This document shows positions 36,148 through 50,018 of a stretch of DNA of 64,000 nt, piece by piece (the stretch's first letter is position 1; the number at the start of each line of letters is the position of its first letter). The stretch comes from Leucoraja erinacea (taxonomy: Eukaryota): positions 22,940,001 to 23,004,000 of the forward strand of contig NC_073389.1 of the NCBI RefSeq assembly GCF_028641065.1, given 5' to 3'. The notes beneath the pieces are model-generated. The model was given only the letters and a program-made list of their open reading frames with translations. It searched no databases and was not told the DNA's origin. Position numbers and translations under genes: made by a program.

Positions 36148-36445
36148 TTTAGTTTAGTTTAGTTTAGAGATGCAGCATGAAAATACACCCTTTGCCCCAC
36201 CAAGTCCACGCTGACCACACTAGTTCTATGTTTCCATGTCCCACTTTCTCATCAATTCACTACACACTGGGGGCAATTCAGAGGCCAATTAACTCACAAC
36301 CCAGCACATCTTTGCGATGTGGGAGGAGATCAGAGCACCCGGAGAAAACCAGGCAGTCACAGTGGGTACACAAAAATGCTGGAGAAACTCAGCGGGTGCA
36401 GCAGCATTTATGGAGCGAAGGAAATAGTCACAGGGGGAATGTGTA
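36148..36445 (-). mobile_element. HE1-like SINE (partial) with a half fold-back repeat inserted at about 36365-36428
   Basis: (TTTAG)4 tail and reverse-complement SINE body. The insert gggtacacaaaaatgctggagaaactcagcggg...ggaaata lies between two copies of AGTCACAG. Confidence 0.7.
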
Positions 36446-37671
36446 GTCTCCTGAATGTTTTGTGGTTACTCTATTTTCCTTTAATTAAAAGTTGATTTAT
36501 CTTGGTAACAAACCTTGCCCTTGCTCATAAAGTAAAGAGGAAGTGAAATACCATTAATACTATAAATCTTAGAGAAAACCTCCAATCCTATCCCTGGACA
36601 CCCTTGACAAAAGAGCAAAGTATCTTCTCCTTTTTAATCTATCCTGAAAATCCCAGAAAAACTGGAGAGCAATGTATCCCAACTCTGTAGCTTTCCACTG
36701 GACCTGGCCAAGTTCTGTTGGAACCACTGACCAAGTCTAGAGACATTGTCTTTCCCCTTTCCACAGGTCTTCCTAAGTTTTTAAAGACATTTCCAGCAGA
36801 AACTTGCAATAAATTCCACCATTGAACTGTATCCATAAATAGCGCCCAGCTGTAATTTTTAATTCCTCTCCCAATGTCTGATGTAAGGGTCACAATATGG
36901 ACAAATCTATTGTGCTAGCTTCAGAAATCATAATTACTAACAAGTTTCTAAGTAATTTAGGCAAGGGCATCATGTCAATGTGCATGTATGCCGTGCAATT
37001 GAAATATTTGGAGACTATAGATGTAAGTGCTGTACTGTGATTAAACAATCTGATTTGTATGCAAATGAATAGCTTAATTTGCTATTCAAATGTAATTGTT
37101 GCTTTAGGAGTATTTTCAAATTGCAAGGTACAATTGATGTACAGTGCAAAGCCCTCTTATCGAGTTCACCAAAAATGTGCAACATTGTATGTGTTGTAAG
37201 GGGAAATTCATTATAACAGTATTAAAATACTACCTTCATTTCCACATTTTGTCAAGCAAAGGAATCTCACTCGGGCTGAGTGAGCTATTGGTAGCCTCTC
37301 AATCTAATAAATGTCCTTTGAAAGTAAATTTTATAATTAAATGTTTCTATCATGTGAACTCCGACAATCAAGCAATTTTTTTAAATTAAAATCAATTCTG
37401 AAACATAATTGCCATCCAAATCTGCTATTGTGCAGAGCCTGTATTATCATGCTTGAACATGATATTCCATAACTCTTGCTTTCTCCATATAAAGTGGTAT
37501 GGATGAACTGGTTCTGGGGAAAATAAAAAAAATCAAAGCCATTTAATTTTGCTTGGGAGAATTTTATTTGAAATTTTTGTAGGAATGTTTGATGTTCTAT
37601 TCACAATGTCACGATGAGAACATTTAAAATTGTAGGGAATTTGGGGGCATGGGATTGATTGAATGGTCTGC

Positions 37672-37925
37672 ATGTAGAAACAAGGAATTGCAGATGCTGG
37701 TTTACAAAAAAAGATACATAGTGGTGGAGTAATTGCATGGGTCAGTCAGCCTCTCAGGAGAACATGGATAGGTGACATTTTGGGTTGGAGCCATTCTCCA
37801 ACATGGATAGGTGACGATTCAGGTCGGGACCCTTCTGAGATGGGTCCTGAACTGAAACGTCACCTATCCATGTTCTCTTGAAATGCCGTCTGAACCGCTG
37901 AGTTACGCCAGCATCATGTGTAGTT
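37672..37925. mobile_element. Penelope-derived fold-back repeat
   Basis: gaaacaaggaattgcagatgctgg...gagaacatggataggtgac...gtcacctatccatgttctc...ctgagttacgccagca is self-complementary around the hammerhead-like core. The family also occurs near 3474, 6933, 12072, 15710, 17000, 18135, 28922, 30230, 32712, 34560, 45005, 54866, 57370, 59455 and 63770. Confidence 0.75.
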
Positions 37926-39835
37926 TCTTAATAGTCTTTATATATGCAAGGCAATAGCCATCCAAGGTGCTTCATGGGTTAGTTGGCTTGGGAGACAGAC
38001 ACATATGTGGCATGTGTGCTATGTATACAAGTCCAAATGAAGAGGCAATCATATTTCTAACAAGTTAAGTGATCTGATCAACTCTCAGGAGTGTTTCCAT
38101 TACATTGTGCATTGAGCATTCCAAGGTTAAGCTTTCTCCTATATCTGCAGGGAACAATTTGTCCTCTAATTTGTCTCCCTTGATGTTACATCTCAATTTG
38201 ACGAGTCACCTTTTTGTGTGTAGAATTGCAGGTCTGCACCTACATTTGTAACAATATTACCCGTTTTAATGGGTCTTTACACCATCTCATGGAAGCTGGT
38301 GTTTAGACTCACTATGATGTATTTCACTGATTGTATCTTCACCTCCCTACTTCCCTACTAATTCATAGATCAACTTTGACAGAATTGGAAAGTTTAAATA
38401 TATCTGTATAGAAGTGCATGTTTTGCAATATATGTCGCTAACTGTGCATATATTTGAAATAGTAGATTTAGAGTCTTTCAAATTAAAATATAGGAATAAT
38501 TGAGGGTGCTATTCTGATTTTTACTCTGACTTCATCACTACCTGTTTGGCTGGGTATGTTATTACAGTAGTAATGGGGGCCATTTTTACTCTACCTCAAC
38601 AAAATGCCTTAACCACTTTAAAATGCGAATGTGAGAATGTTTCTACTAATCAGTTTCACATGGTACAGAATGTCCTGATGTAGCTGAATGATCCCTTGAT
38701 TTACTGAGGCAGATTGATAACATGAAAGGATTGCAAACACAGATTTACACCAAGATTGCTTGGACCCATATTGCAGCTTTGCTTGAATTAATTTTACTCA
38801 ATTGACAGATGAGGTGAGAAAGCCATGATGCACAACAATAGCAAAAGTGCATTGTTTTTCTTTATGGGCAGCCAAAGCTAAAATCTTGGCTTGGACTTTC
38901 TCACCTGATCTATCTGGAGAAGATCTATCCCATTGGAAGCATCTATACCTTTTGGTTTACTGCCGCCTATCTTAGCACTGCAGGTTTATCTACAGTGGAA
39001 AGAGGGGTGTGTCCAAATCTCTACTTCATTCTTTGTTGAAGGGCTGCTTTAATTTTAGTGCCATGTGCAGCCTGACATGATTAGATGGTCCTCATGAAGG
39101 TTACTTTTATACAAAATCAATTACAGGGCTGGACTCTGATCATTGGCAACACATTTTATATTTATAGCGTTAATGTCTTGTTTAGTGCATCGTTGAAGTA
39201 TAGTATTAATGTAATGTCACCTTATCACCAATGTGGCTTCATCATAATTGCGTATTGGCCTTGAAACCATGAACCCATTATTTTTCACAAGTTTTGTTTT
39301 AATTTCTTAATTATTTTAATGCCGTGGTTATATTGTTCCCTGAGTAATTATTTTTCCTGTCTCTTCCAGGTGTTTAATTACCTTTGTTATATTCCTTTCC
39401 AGATTTACCAGCTGTTTTCTGTCTTCTCTCTGCCCAGAGAAAAACAAATTGTTTTAAGCTTGCCCAACACACAACACATGATGTGGAAATAGCAAGCTCA
39501 TTTAAAAGATGTTCAGCTCTGCGTGTGCTGATCCCACGGATTGCTCAGACAGACAGTCTTCCCTGAAAAGAATTGTCCCCCCTTCACTTCAGCATTGATC
39601 TTTAGCCACTTCAGCATATCTTTACCCAAATACGCCAGATCGGTCGGTATCTTGCTGTGCACTCCTTTCTACTCATGGTCCAAGTTCTGTAATTGAGGGT
39701 TTAACGTTTGTCAACTTGTCATTGCAACCTTAGGTAGTTTGTATCTCCTCATAGAAAGTTAATTTTGATTTTTAGTTTTAGAGTTTCTCTGGCATTCACT
39801 ATAGTACAATCTATACTACTATGGTTACCTATTTA

Positions 39836-40415
39836 GGGAGGCACAGTAGAGATACTGCCTTAGTGCCAGAGACCTGGGTTCAATCCTGACTACGGGTGCT
39901 GTGACTGCATGGGTTTTCTCTGGGTGCTCTAGTTTTCTCCCACGCTCCAAAGGCGTGCAGGTTTGTAGGTTAATTGGCCGGTAAAATTGTAAATTGCCCC
40001 TAGTGTGTAGGATAGTACGGGGTGAACAAAGTTAGGGGAGCCCAGAACCAGGGGCCATAATTTAAGAATAAGTGGTAAGCCATTTAGAACGGAGATGAGG
40101 AAAAACTTTTTCACACAGAGAGTTGTGAGTGTGTGGAATTCTCTGCCTCAGAGGGCGGTGGGGGCTGGTTCTCTGGATGCTTTCAAGAGAGAGTTAGATA
40201 GAGCTCTTAGGGATAGCGGAGCTAAGGGATATGGAGAGAAGGCAGGAATGGGGTAGTGATTGTGGATGATCAGCCATGATCACATTGAATGGCAGTGCAG
40301 GCTCGAAGGGCCGGATGGCCTACTCCTGCACCTATTGTCTATTGTCTATCACTGGTCGGAGCTAACTCATGAGCTGAAGGGCCTGGTTCCACGCTGTATC
40401 TCAAAACTAAAGTAA
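39836..40415 (+). mobile_element. HE1-like SINE split by a CR1 3' fragment (about 40026-40350)
   Basis: The SINE runs to gtacggggtga, then comes a CR1 3' end with a (CTATTGT)n tail, then the SINE resumes tcactggtcgga...gggcctggttccacgctgtatctc. Confidence 0.78.
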
Positions 40416-40602
40416 ACCTTTATCAACAGTGGTATGAACTTTCCTGGTAAATGACAGTGTTTCCTTCATAAATACGGTGGGGTTCTGATGGTCCATGTAT
40501 GAATGGAAAAGATCTGAACTTGTTGGCAGATGATAACTTGGAATTTGCTGACAACATTGGGCCACTGCACTTTTCATGAGTGGCAGAGCATACATTTTCT
40601 GT

Positions 40603-41100
40603 AAGTATTGTGTTCAGTTTTGGTCACCCTGCTGTAGATAAGATGTTGTTAAGCTTGAAAGCGTCCAGAGAAGATTTACGAGGATATTGCCAGGACTTGA
40701 GGGGCTGAGCAATGGGGAGAGGTTGGGCAAGCTAAGCCTATATCCCTTCGAATGCAGGATGATGAGGGATGATCTTATGGAGGTGTATAAAATCATGATG
40801 GGAATAGATAGGGTGAATGCACAGTCTTTTACCCAGAGTAAAATAATCACTAACTATAGGGCCTGGGTTTAAGGTGTGAGGGGCAAGATTTAAATGGTGG
40901 GTATGTGGAAGGAGCTGCCAGAGGAGATAATGAGGCAGGTACTATAACAACATGTGAAAGGCATTTGGACAGGCACATGGATTGGAAAGGGTTAGAAGGA
41001 TATGGGACAAATACAGGCAGGTGGGACTAATGTAGATGTGACATATTGGTCGGCATGGGCAAATTGGGCCAAAGGGTGTGTTTCCGTGCTGTATGACTCA
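40603..41100 (+). mobile_element. CR1 LINE 3' fragment
   Basis: YCVQFWSP..KDVVKLESVQRRFTRILPGLEGLS..ERLGKL..DLMEVYKIM, then a CR1 3' UTR. Confidence 0.85.
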
Positions 41101-43598
41101 ATAATTCTATTATTGTCGTTCTAATTATCTCATTCTGCTCAATGCTTGCTCCTTTGCTAAACTACCTAGTCAGCAGACCTGTAACGAAGAAAAATTGGAA
41201 GAATTTAGTGGAATGAAAATCTCCAGTTTGGCGCAATTAATAATACAGACTGATTTGAAAGGGTAAATGCTACAAAAATTGCAAGGAGAATCAGTATAAA
41301 CAAAATTGTTAAGATAGCAAGCAGATCAGTGATCCATGCTGAATGCCGCACTATTTTCACTGGGCACCTTCACAGGAACAATAAATCCACTGATTTTAAT
41401 GTGTGGAGCGGCTGTTCAGATTAGAATCAGCCTCGTCTGAGTTTCCATGTTTCTAAGTACATTTTTTCAAATATATTTTTAAAAATTTCCTAATTTGATT
41501 ATGTTAAGGATTTTTTTTTTCCTTCATGCTTTTACATTTCCTGTCTGACAGAGACACTCGGAAGCTTTCTGTAGTTTTGACTGTTTTTATAACTGCATAA
41601 ATCAGGAGGCTTGTTTCCAGTATTTCTGCATTGGGGGCTTGTTCTGATCCCACTGCATAATTGGATTTATGTCCAGGAAAAACTCAGCAGTCTTGCCAGT
41701 GGGAATTGGGATGGAATTTGAAGGAGGTTCTCATCAGGAGATCTACTTAAGATAATTGAGAAGTGAGTTTCGGCGGCTTGCTACTTGCCAGCAAATTCTG
41801 CCTTAACCTTTGAGCCTTTGATTGTTAATCGTGCTTGGATGTGAATAATCTGATAACCATCAATTAGACACAAGGAGTGTGCAAGTGGGATTACTGAAGT
41901 TAGTTTACACCAAGTGGTTTAATAGTGTGGAACAAAAAAACAAACTGCTGGAGAAACTCAGTGGAGAAGCATCTATGAGGAGAGGAAGGGAATTGTCTTT
42001 GATGAATGAAGGTGAGCGTGACTAATGCCTTCTTCACTGCCCTGTCTATCTACGTCGCCACGTTGAGGAAATGGTGCACCTCTCTGTTCAAAAACACACA
42101 ACTGGGCCTTAACCTATACCATGTAAATCATGAACTGATTTGTCTGACCAAAATGCAACACTTAACATTTAAGTTCGTAAAATTCATAAATTCAGAAGTT
42201 GTAGGAATTAGGCCATGTGGCCCATCAAGTCTATCTTCCCGTCTCAATCCTATTCCACGGCGTTCTCTCCTTAATCCCTGACACCCTTACTAATCAAATT
42301 GAAGTGAGAATTTATGTGAAACGAAGGAAGATCCAAACCTTTGCTTGAGTAATCATCACTTTCTGGGCTATTGCGCTGCATCATGGGAGCTCCATCATGG
42401 AGTCAAGTTGAGCAAACTTCTGCTTCTTTCCCATCACGTAGACTGCAAAATCTGCCTGCTGGATCCATGCCGAATTAACTTGGCACAAATTCAGCGAACC
42501 CATTCATTTGAACAGGATGGAAAGGCTATGGAGAGTAGCACAAGCACAGGGTAATTACCTTTTTTTTTTTTGATTTAATGATATTGATTTGAATGTTTTA
42601 AGTGCCAATTGTTTCCTAATGCTTTAAGCATTTAATTTCTTTTTTAATGGTATCGCCGAAGTTAATGAATGTCAGAGGCTTTCATAGGTACATAAACCAA
42701 AAGTTTTTTTAATGGGAAGCCAGGGAACAGGGCTTAACTTACTGTCCAAGCACATCCAGAGATGGGGCTTGCCACAAATAATCAGAAAGGGGTGTTACTA
42801 GCCCGGGGACTTGGCCCGTGCGACCTGCTCCAGTTATGAAAGCATTCTGAGGGCAGTTGACCAGTGAGACTTACTGATATACTGAAAATTGCAACTTGCT
42901 AAAATATCAGTAAGCCATATATCACCATCAATAATGTATTGAAAAAGATGAATATTCATTTAATTTCTCCAATGGAAGTCATAATAGTAACATCGAGAAT
43001 TACCAATTTTATTCGGAATAGGGCCTGACACCACAGTGATTACCAAATTAAATTTTTGCTGATGGCACTTCAGAATTAATCAGCAACAAAACAGCTTCAC
43101 ATTATCTTTTTGGTTCATTGCTTCCTGGTTTATTTTTTTATGCAATATTAACCATAAAATTCTAAAGAAAATTTTGCTTCATAGTATTGAAAACACTGAG
43201 ACTATTTCTGTTTGTAACGTATTTAAAAAGACATGTTTAAGAATAACTTCTTTCAACAACCATCAGGCTCATGTACATTACAAAACTTCAACTATGATCT
43301 TCTATGGACTGTCTTTTGTTGCACTAAGGAATTTTCCCCTGGTATTGTGGTTATTTATTAATTACATTTTTATTTACTATAAATTATCTATATTATATTT
43401 TGGATGTTTCTAGTGATGGTTTCTAGAGTCTAGGACCAGAGGCACAGCTAAAGAATAAAAAAACATACCTTTCGAATGGAGATGAGTAGGAATTGGCCAG
43501 AAGGTGGTGAATCTGTGGAATTTGCTGCCACAGACTTCAGCGGAGGCCAAGTCTTTGGGTATTCTTAAAGCTGAAGCTGTTGGGTTCTTGTTTAGTTA

Positions 43599-44160
43599 AG
43601 GGGCTGTCCCACTGTGGCGACCTAATCCGCGAGTTCTGACGAGTTTGCCCTCCACTCATACTCGCAGCATGGTCGACATGAGGTCCTAGGAGGTCTTTGT
43701 AACTCTCCTTCATGCTCGAGAGTAGTCCCCGTGTACTCGAGGCCTCAGCTAGGTCGCGGCGTATTTTTCAACATGTTGAAAAATTCCCACAAATAAAAAA
43801 AGGTTGCCATGGAAAAAATCGATATTTTTTTAACTCGTAGGTTTAGTCTAAGTAGGTCGTAGTTGGTCGGCATGTTATTCGTAGGTAGTCGAGGGTAGTC
43901 GAATGTAATCGAAGGTAGTCGTAGGTAGTCTTCAACATAGTCGAAGGGAGGTCAAAGGAGATCGAAGGAGGTCGTCTTCACTCTCCACTATTCGGTGTCC
44001 AATTTTCCCGAAGATAGTCAAAGCTAGTCTTCAACTTAGTCGGAGGAGGTCGAAGGAGATCTTCTACATAGTCGAAGGAGATCTTCAACATGACATTTTT
44101 TCAAACTCTCTTAAACTCTTCTAAACTCACCAATTAGGTTGCCGCAGTAGGACAGCCCCT
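43599..44160. mobile_element. PIF/Harbinger-type MITE inserted in a CR1 3' fragment (about 43425-44300)
   Basis: TTA|AGGGGCTGTCCCACTGTGGCGACCTAAT...ATTAGGTTGCCGCAGTAGGACAGCCCCT|TTA: about 28-bp imperfect TIRs and a perfect 3-bp TTA TSD. The interior is rich in short repeats (gtagtcgaagg). Confidence 0.85.
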
Positions 44161-45963
44161 TTAGGGTGTCAACGTTTTATGGAGAGAAGCAGGAGGATGT
44201 AGTTAAGAGGGAAAAATAGATCAGCTGTGATTAAATGGCAGAGCTGACTTGATGGGCTGAATGTCTTAATTCTGCTACTATGTCGTATGGTTTTACGGTC
44301 TAAGAATTGCTTCTTTGTAACAACCATCAGGCATTTGAACACTACACAACACTAATCTCAACCATGAACTTCTATGGACTGACTGGTTGCATGGGAGAAT
44401 GGGCAAACTCCACACAGGCAGTACACCAGGTCAGGATTGAACCTGGGTCTCTGGCGCCGTGAAGCAGTAGCTCTGTCAGCTGCGCTACTGTCCCGCCCTT
44501 AAATCATTGCTGTATGTCTTTTGGTATTCCCTTTCAATTCTATTGCAACCAGTAAACACTATTATCAGAAAACATGTTTTGTAATTTCTGTCACTTTTTA
44601 AGGCATGGGCAGTTATGATACAGTCAGCAGCAAGAAAGCAGCAACAATGTGGTATTTGCACCATGCACCATTAAATGCAAAAATCCATTATTATCAGTGA
44701 TCCCCTGCTCCTCCTCCACATGCATTACTGCCATCTTTGTCAACGCAGAGTGCTTACAATCACTGGTTTTAATGTATTCTTGAATAATTTATACTCTCTT
44801 TGTGCTGAAACCAAAATGAAGAGGATGAGCCTTGTAAATGGAACATTCTCCTCCTTGTAAAATTATGTAATAATTAAAGTATTTAATTGCAAAAATAAAG
44901 TGCTGGAGGAATTCGGTGTGTTCGGCAGCATCTGTGAATGGAATGGATGGGAAACGTTTCAAATTAGGACACTTCTTCAGACCACTCTTCCTCCACAATA
45001 AGATACATGATACAAAATGTCAGATTAACTCAGCTGGTCAGGCAGTATTGAAACATTACTTATCCATATTTTCCAGAGATGCCGCCTGCCCCACTGAGTT
45101 ACTCCAGCTCTTGTGTATTTTTTTTTGTAAATGAGCAGCTGCAGTTCCTTATATCTAATTCTTTCTCCTGCATTTTGTGTGTTGTTAAAGATTCCATGAT
45201 CCTCAGTTCCTTGTGCATACACATTACAAGATGTTTTATTTCAGTGAATTGCTTACACTTTTTTTTTGTCAACCGGTATCTGTGGTTCTTTGTATCTCCC
45301 TCCACCGGCACTTTGTGTTTTGCTCAAGATTTGTTCCTTGTGTCTTCAAAATATTACATTTCTTGGATCGATGGTCAAGTTACCACAGTCAGATTGGCTG
45401 CTGAGTCAGCTTTGTGACATCAGTATAGCTGATGACTACAGATCGCTCACAGAAAGAACCAACATGCGAATAGTCAAACACTGAATCTCTGAGTGCTTGT
45501 TTCATCAAGGTCATTGGTAAATGTCACCTATTTTAACACCGAAAGGAAACTCTTGGACAGTATATTAATGTTCCTCAGGCAGCATAATTGAGGCTTCCAA
45601 TTGTCTCTGACTGATGGATTGTCAGTATTAAATGTGATGATGAACTATAAAATATTTTAACCATGGAAAGATTTTCTTTGTTTAATTAATACTTTCCTTA
45701 TCAGTTAGATTTAATACCGCAAAGTAAATTATTTGTTCAAAATAAGCCTGGACATTGAAAGTGTGAGGAACCCTGAGGCTTACGTTGTTGGTAACTGGAA
45801 GTAGTCCTCACCCACCTCATGCCCTGAGCTTCATGCCTCAGTCACCCGCTCAGAAGTAGCCAAAACCTTCCCACAAGCACCTTAACAGCCCAAACTATGT
45901 CTCCACACCTTACCACTTGCTGTGAAACTTCTAAAGAAACCTTTGACAGGGAGCAACCATCCA

Positions 45964-46247
45964 AACAAAACACTAAACATGGCTACTTTCATCTACATGA
46001 CATTGCTGTGTCCCAAACATTATGGTGCCCTGAAATGGGGGGGGGGGGGGGGAGACGGACTATGTATAAACACTGCTGTAATTTCTACATGGTGAAACCA
46101 AAATGTATAAAAATACCCTTTATTAAAATCTGACAATATGCACTTTAACCACATGTGATTTTTTTCTATTACATATCTCAAATTGTGGAGTACAGAGGCA
46201 AATAAATAGATGATGGGTCTTTGTCCCAAACATTATGGAGGGCACTG
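45964..46247 (-). mobile_element. Tc1-like IR/DR terminal repeat (solo end)
   Basis: The minus strand begins CAGTGCCCTCCATAATGTTTGGGACA, with a second direct repeat CCATAATGTTTGGGACA about 210 bp inside. Confidence 0.75.
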
Positions 46248-47702
46248 TGAATGTGAATTTATATCAAAGTATATTTGGGAATTGAGATTTGATTACAAAT
46301 TAGAATAGGCTTTTAAAATCCAATTTCCAAGTCATAACTTTTTTATGTTGAAAAGTGCTTGATTTTAAATTATAGTTCCCTATAAATTTGACCCATTTTT
46401 ATATCCGAGAGAAAAATGTTATAGTCCAACCCAATGCAAGTTATAAATGAGAACAAATAATGTATTTGTGATTTGTCCTGAAATTGAAATGTGATTGCAC
46501 ATTTTGTATAAGTTATACTTTAATAAAAGAATGACCTCAATGCAATAGTTGCTGATTGTGTTGGTAAAAATAAAAGAAAAGGATTTCAATAACAAGAAGA
46601 TGTTGAAAATACTTAAATCTTAAAATACACATTGTCACTAAGTCGAGATGCAATCATTTTCAATTATATTAGACTATGCATTAAAGTGGAGAAAACCATC
46701 ATATGTGGTTGTTATTTCTAAATCACTTCTTTCCTTTTATAATGAAGGCCTTTGAAATTACATCAATCTTTCAACCTGCTGATTTGCTTTTAAAATATTG
46801 ATATTTCTCTTTCATGCTGTATTGCACTTCAGGCAATGCTTGCCTTTCAGAGAGTTTGGACAAGATGACAACAGCAATACCTATTCTTAAGGAAATGCGA
46901 ATAATAGAGGCATGAATGTAAACATTACAAGGGTTGCATTTGTCTATATTCACCTGATAAATTATTGTGAACAAAGCTATGCTTCAAAATTATTAAATGT
47001 TTGCTATTTTAACTTGCTCATTGGCTTGGTGTTTGTGCTAATGATAGCAGTATTTTTTGGCATTTGCTATTTTTGCTGTATGAAATTGCTGGTAACTGTG
47101 ATTTGTGCACATGCACAGTTTAGTACAGACGCCCTAAACTTGCACCCTGATCCATAGTTATTTGTGGCATTTTCCATGGTATTCAATGGTGCTAAGAAAG
47201 ATGCAAAGTCTTCCTCTTTTTTTTTTACCACATGCTATCTAATTGAGTTATTACTAACACACTACTACTACACAGTTAAGGCTTGAGAAATAGTTTCCCC
47301 TTAAGATTTTTTTTGTGCGTGCATTATATCTTAAAATGAATGATCTAAGAATTGTAATGTAGTGCTGTAGTCACATTTAATGACAATTTCATGACCAATC
47401 AATGACCATTCTGGTTCAGGGTCTCGAACTATAAATTGCACCATTTTACATTTTCTCTTGAAAGCAAATTCTAAGTCAGAAGCTGGGAATTTGCTGTGGG
47501 TATTCTAATTATTGTTCTTACAATGTAACAGAGGCCTTTTTAAAGAACTCACCAGATCTCTGGAGAAGATTTGGTGGTCAAGACATTGATTAACTGAAAC
47601 AATCTACATTAGTCGGGAATGGACGTTCCATGTTAGAAAAGCGTTGGAGCGCCCTTCTGTCTAGTGCTGAGTATTTTACACCAAATGTGGTTAAAAGTGT
47701 AA

Positions 47703-48686
47703 TAGGAAGGAACTTCAGATGATGGTTTATACCAAAGATAGACACAAAGTGCTGGAGTAACTCAGTGGCCTTAGTTTGGTAATGGGTATTTGTTCATGTT
47801 ACATGGAGACTAACAGAGCCGGCCTTAAGCCAATTGGACTAATTGCTCCCAATTGGGCACCGTGCCTAAGGGGGCCCCGTGCCAGAATAATCTACTCTCG
47901 GCTCGTGTAGATCTACCCTGGGTAGAGGGGAGAGAGAGGGGTGGAGGGGGAATAAAGGGGTAGACAAGGAGGGGGTGTGAGGGGGAATGGAGAAGGGGGA
48001 GAGGGGGAGGTGGGTCATTCCCTCACGGTCCCGGGGCAGTGCTCCTGCCCCTCCAGTCACCGTGCTTCACGCACACAGCCCCGGCTCCACCCCTCTCTCA
48101 AGGGGCACGGATTTGGGGTAAGGCTTTGGTCATTTTGGAGTGGGATGAGCAAAAATATCTTCAGTGGGATGATGATTTTTACCCATGACTATGGGTGCAT
48201 TGTATGAATTCAAGACAAAATTCTTTGGATACAAAGGAAGTTATGTATGGATAGGACAGATAACTGGAACTAAGGGATATTTGCACAACATGGATAGACT
48301 ATATCGTTGGATGAGTCCCTTCATCAGACTGATTGTAGTGGAGTGGAGAAGGTGGGAAAGAGGTGGGGAGAGGACACAGCCTGGCAAGTGATAGATGGAT
48401 ACAAACGTGGGAGGTTGATTGGCAGGTGGGTGGACAAAGGCTAGAGGTGCAACAGACAAAAAAATTGTCAGATATGGAGAGAAGAATGAAATGTAAAGCC
48501 AGAGTGAAGGTTATAGGCAGCAGGGACGGGGTGGTGTGGGAGAGGAGAAAGTAGCTGCAGGATAGTAGGAGAAATGGGTGCGCACCAGGGTGGGGCATAG
48601 GAAAGAGAGGGATGAAAAAGGATGGAGGTGTTACCTAAAATTTTAGAATTCTATGTTCATACCATTGGATTGTAAGCTACCCAAGA
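47703..48686 (-). mobile_element. Penelope-like element 3' end and pseudo-LTR, interrupted by an insert at about 47770-48270
   Basis: The minus strand of 48631-48685 encodes LGSLQSNGMNIEF*NFR*, resembling the C-terminus of Penelope GIY-YIG ORFs. It is followed by a pyrimidine-rich UTR, AGT-CTGATGA-AGGGACTC (48313-48330), and the same terminal sequence as the fold-back repeats (ctgagttactccagcactttgtgtc). Confidence 0.65.
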
Positions 48687-50018
48687 CTGTAGTTTGTTAA
48701 TTGGAGAGCTTTCCAGAAAGTAGAAGTATTGCGTTAAATTTCTGTGGAGGAATAAAATGGGAATCTGACAATAGTAATCGCTAACCTGACTGGAATGATC
48801 CAAATTAAAATAGGGCAGAATAGATTATCCAAATTGTATTTAACAAGGACATGGATGGATTTAAAGATTGCAAGTTCTCAAGTAGGTAATGTCCATGAAG
48901 GACGGAGAAAGGGACACAGTCGAGGTCAGTGTCTGCAAAATCAATTGAGAGCAGCTAAAATGAATGGTCCAATGCTCTGGTGGCTGAGGAATGACAAGAT
49001 GGAAGTGAAAGATTGAAGTAGAAGATGAAGATTGCGAAAATGTGACAAACTAGATGTCGAACCTCCGCATTAACAGATTCAGCCTGAGCACACACCGATT
49101 AATAGAATGAAGTGTCAGATGTGGAAATGGATAGTTATAGTTTCATTGAAATTCTTACGATAGAGTGTAAAATGTGAAATAATTATGCTGATAATATATT
49201 TTTTCTCTATCCAGCCTATGGATCATGTAAAGTTACATGCTCCTCCACTTCCACCTCATTGAAGAGACTGACACATTACCAAATTGCATGGTTAAAATGA
49301 AAGAGAAATTTATCCTTGCAAGATCACCTTTCTTCCAGTAGCCTGGAAGTCAAAGCATTTGTAATATGTAACATTGAAGCAGAAAACAGTTCAGATTTCC
49401 AGCATCTGCAGAAATAGAAAGCCCAGAAATATTCATCAAATAAGAAATGTGGGGATTGAAAAAAATCAATATTTTGAAACATTTACTGCGTTTCTCTCCC
49501 CATCGTTGTTGGATAACTGGTTGTTTCCAAAATGTTCCAATTCTGTTAAATACATGGCATACTCTTAACATCAGGCGCTCCAACATAAATACCTGTTGTT
49601 CGTGGAATCCCAGCATAAGTCCTGCGAATCATTGCATTACGGTGTTCCTCATCACAAATTATCTGCTTGCCATCTTTTGCCTCTTCTCACCATCCCACAC
49701 TCTCTCTGTTCCCCATCTCCCTGTCTCTTCCATAGCTCCAGTTTAACTAGCATATCACACACATTTCATCGTTGTGTTATGACTTTTTCTAGTGTTTTTA
49801 ATGTGAACAGCATGCACATGTATTGCAAATATATTACAGTATTCACCATAGCAAAGATATTTATCCTTCTATAATTTGCAATTACCTGTACTTTGTAACT
49901 CTGGTGTTCAAAATGCAGTTCATAACAGACAACGTAATACAATATTATAATGACAAAGACAAACACATTCCAAATGAAGGAGTTTTGTTGGGATTTGTTA
50001 GTTGCCCAATCATATCTA

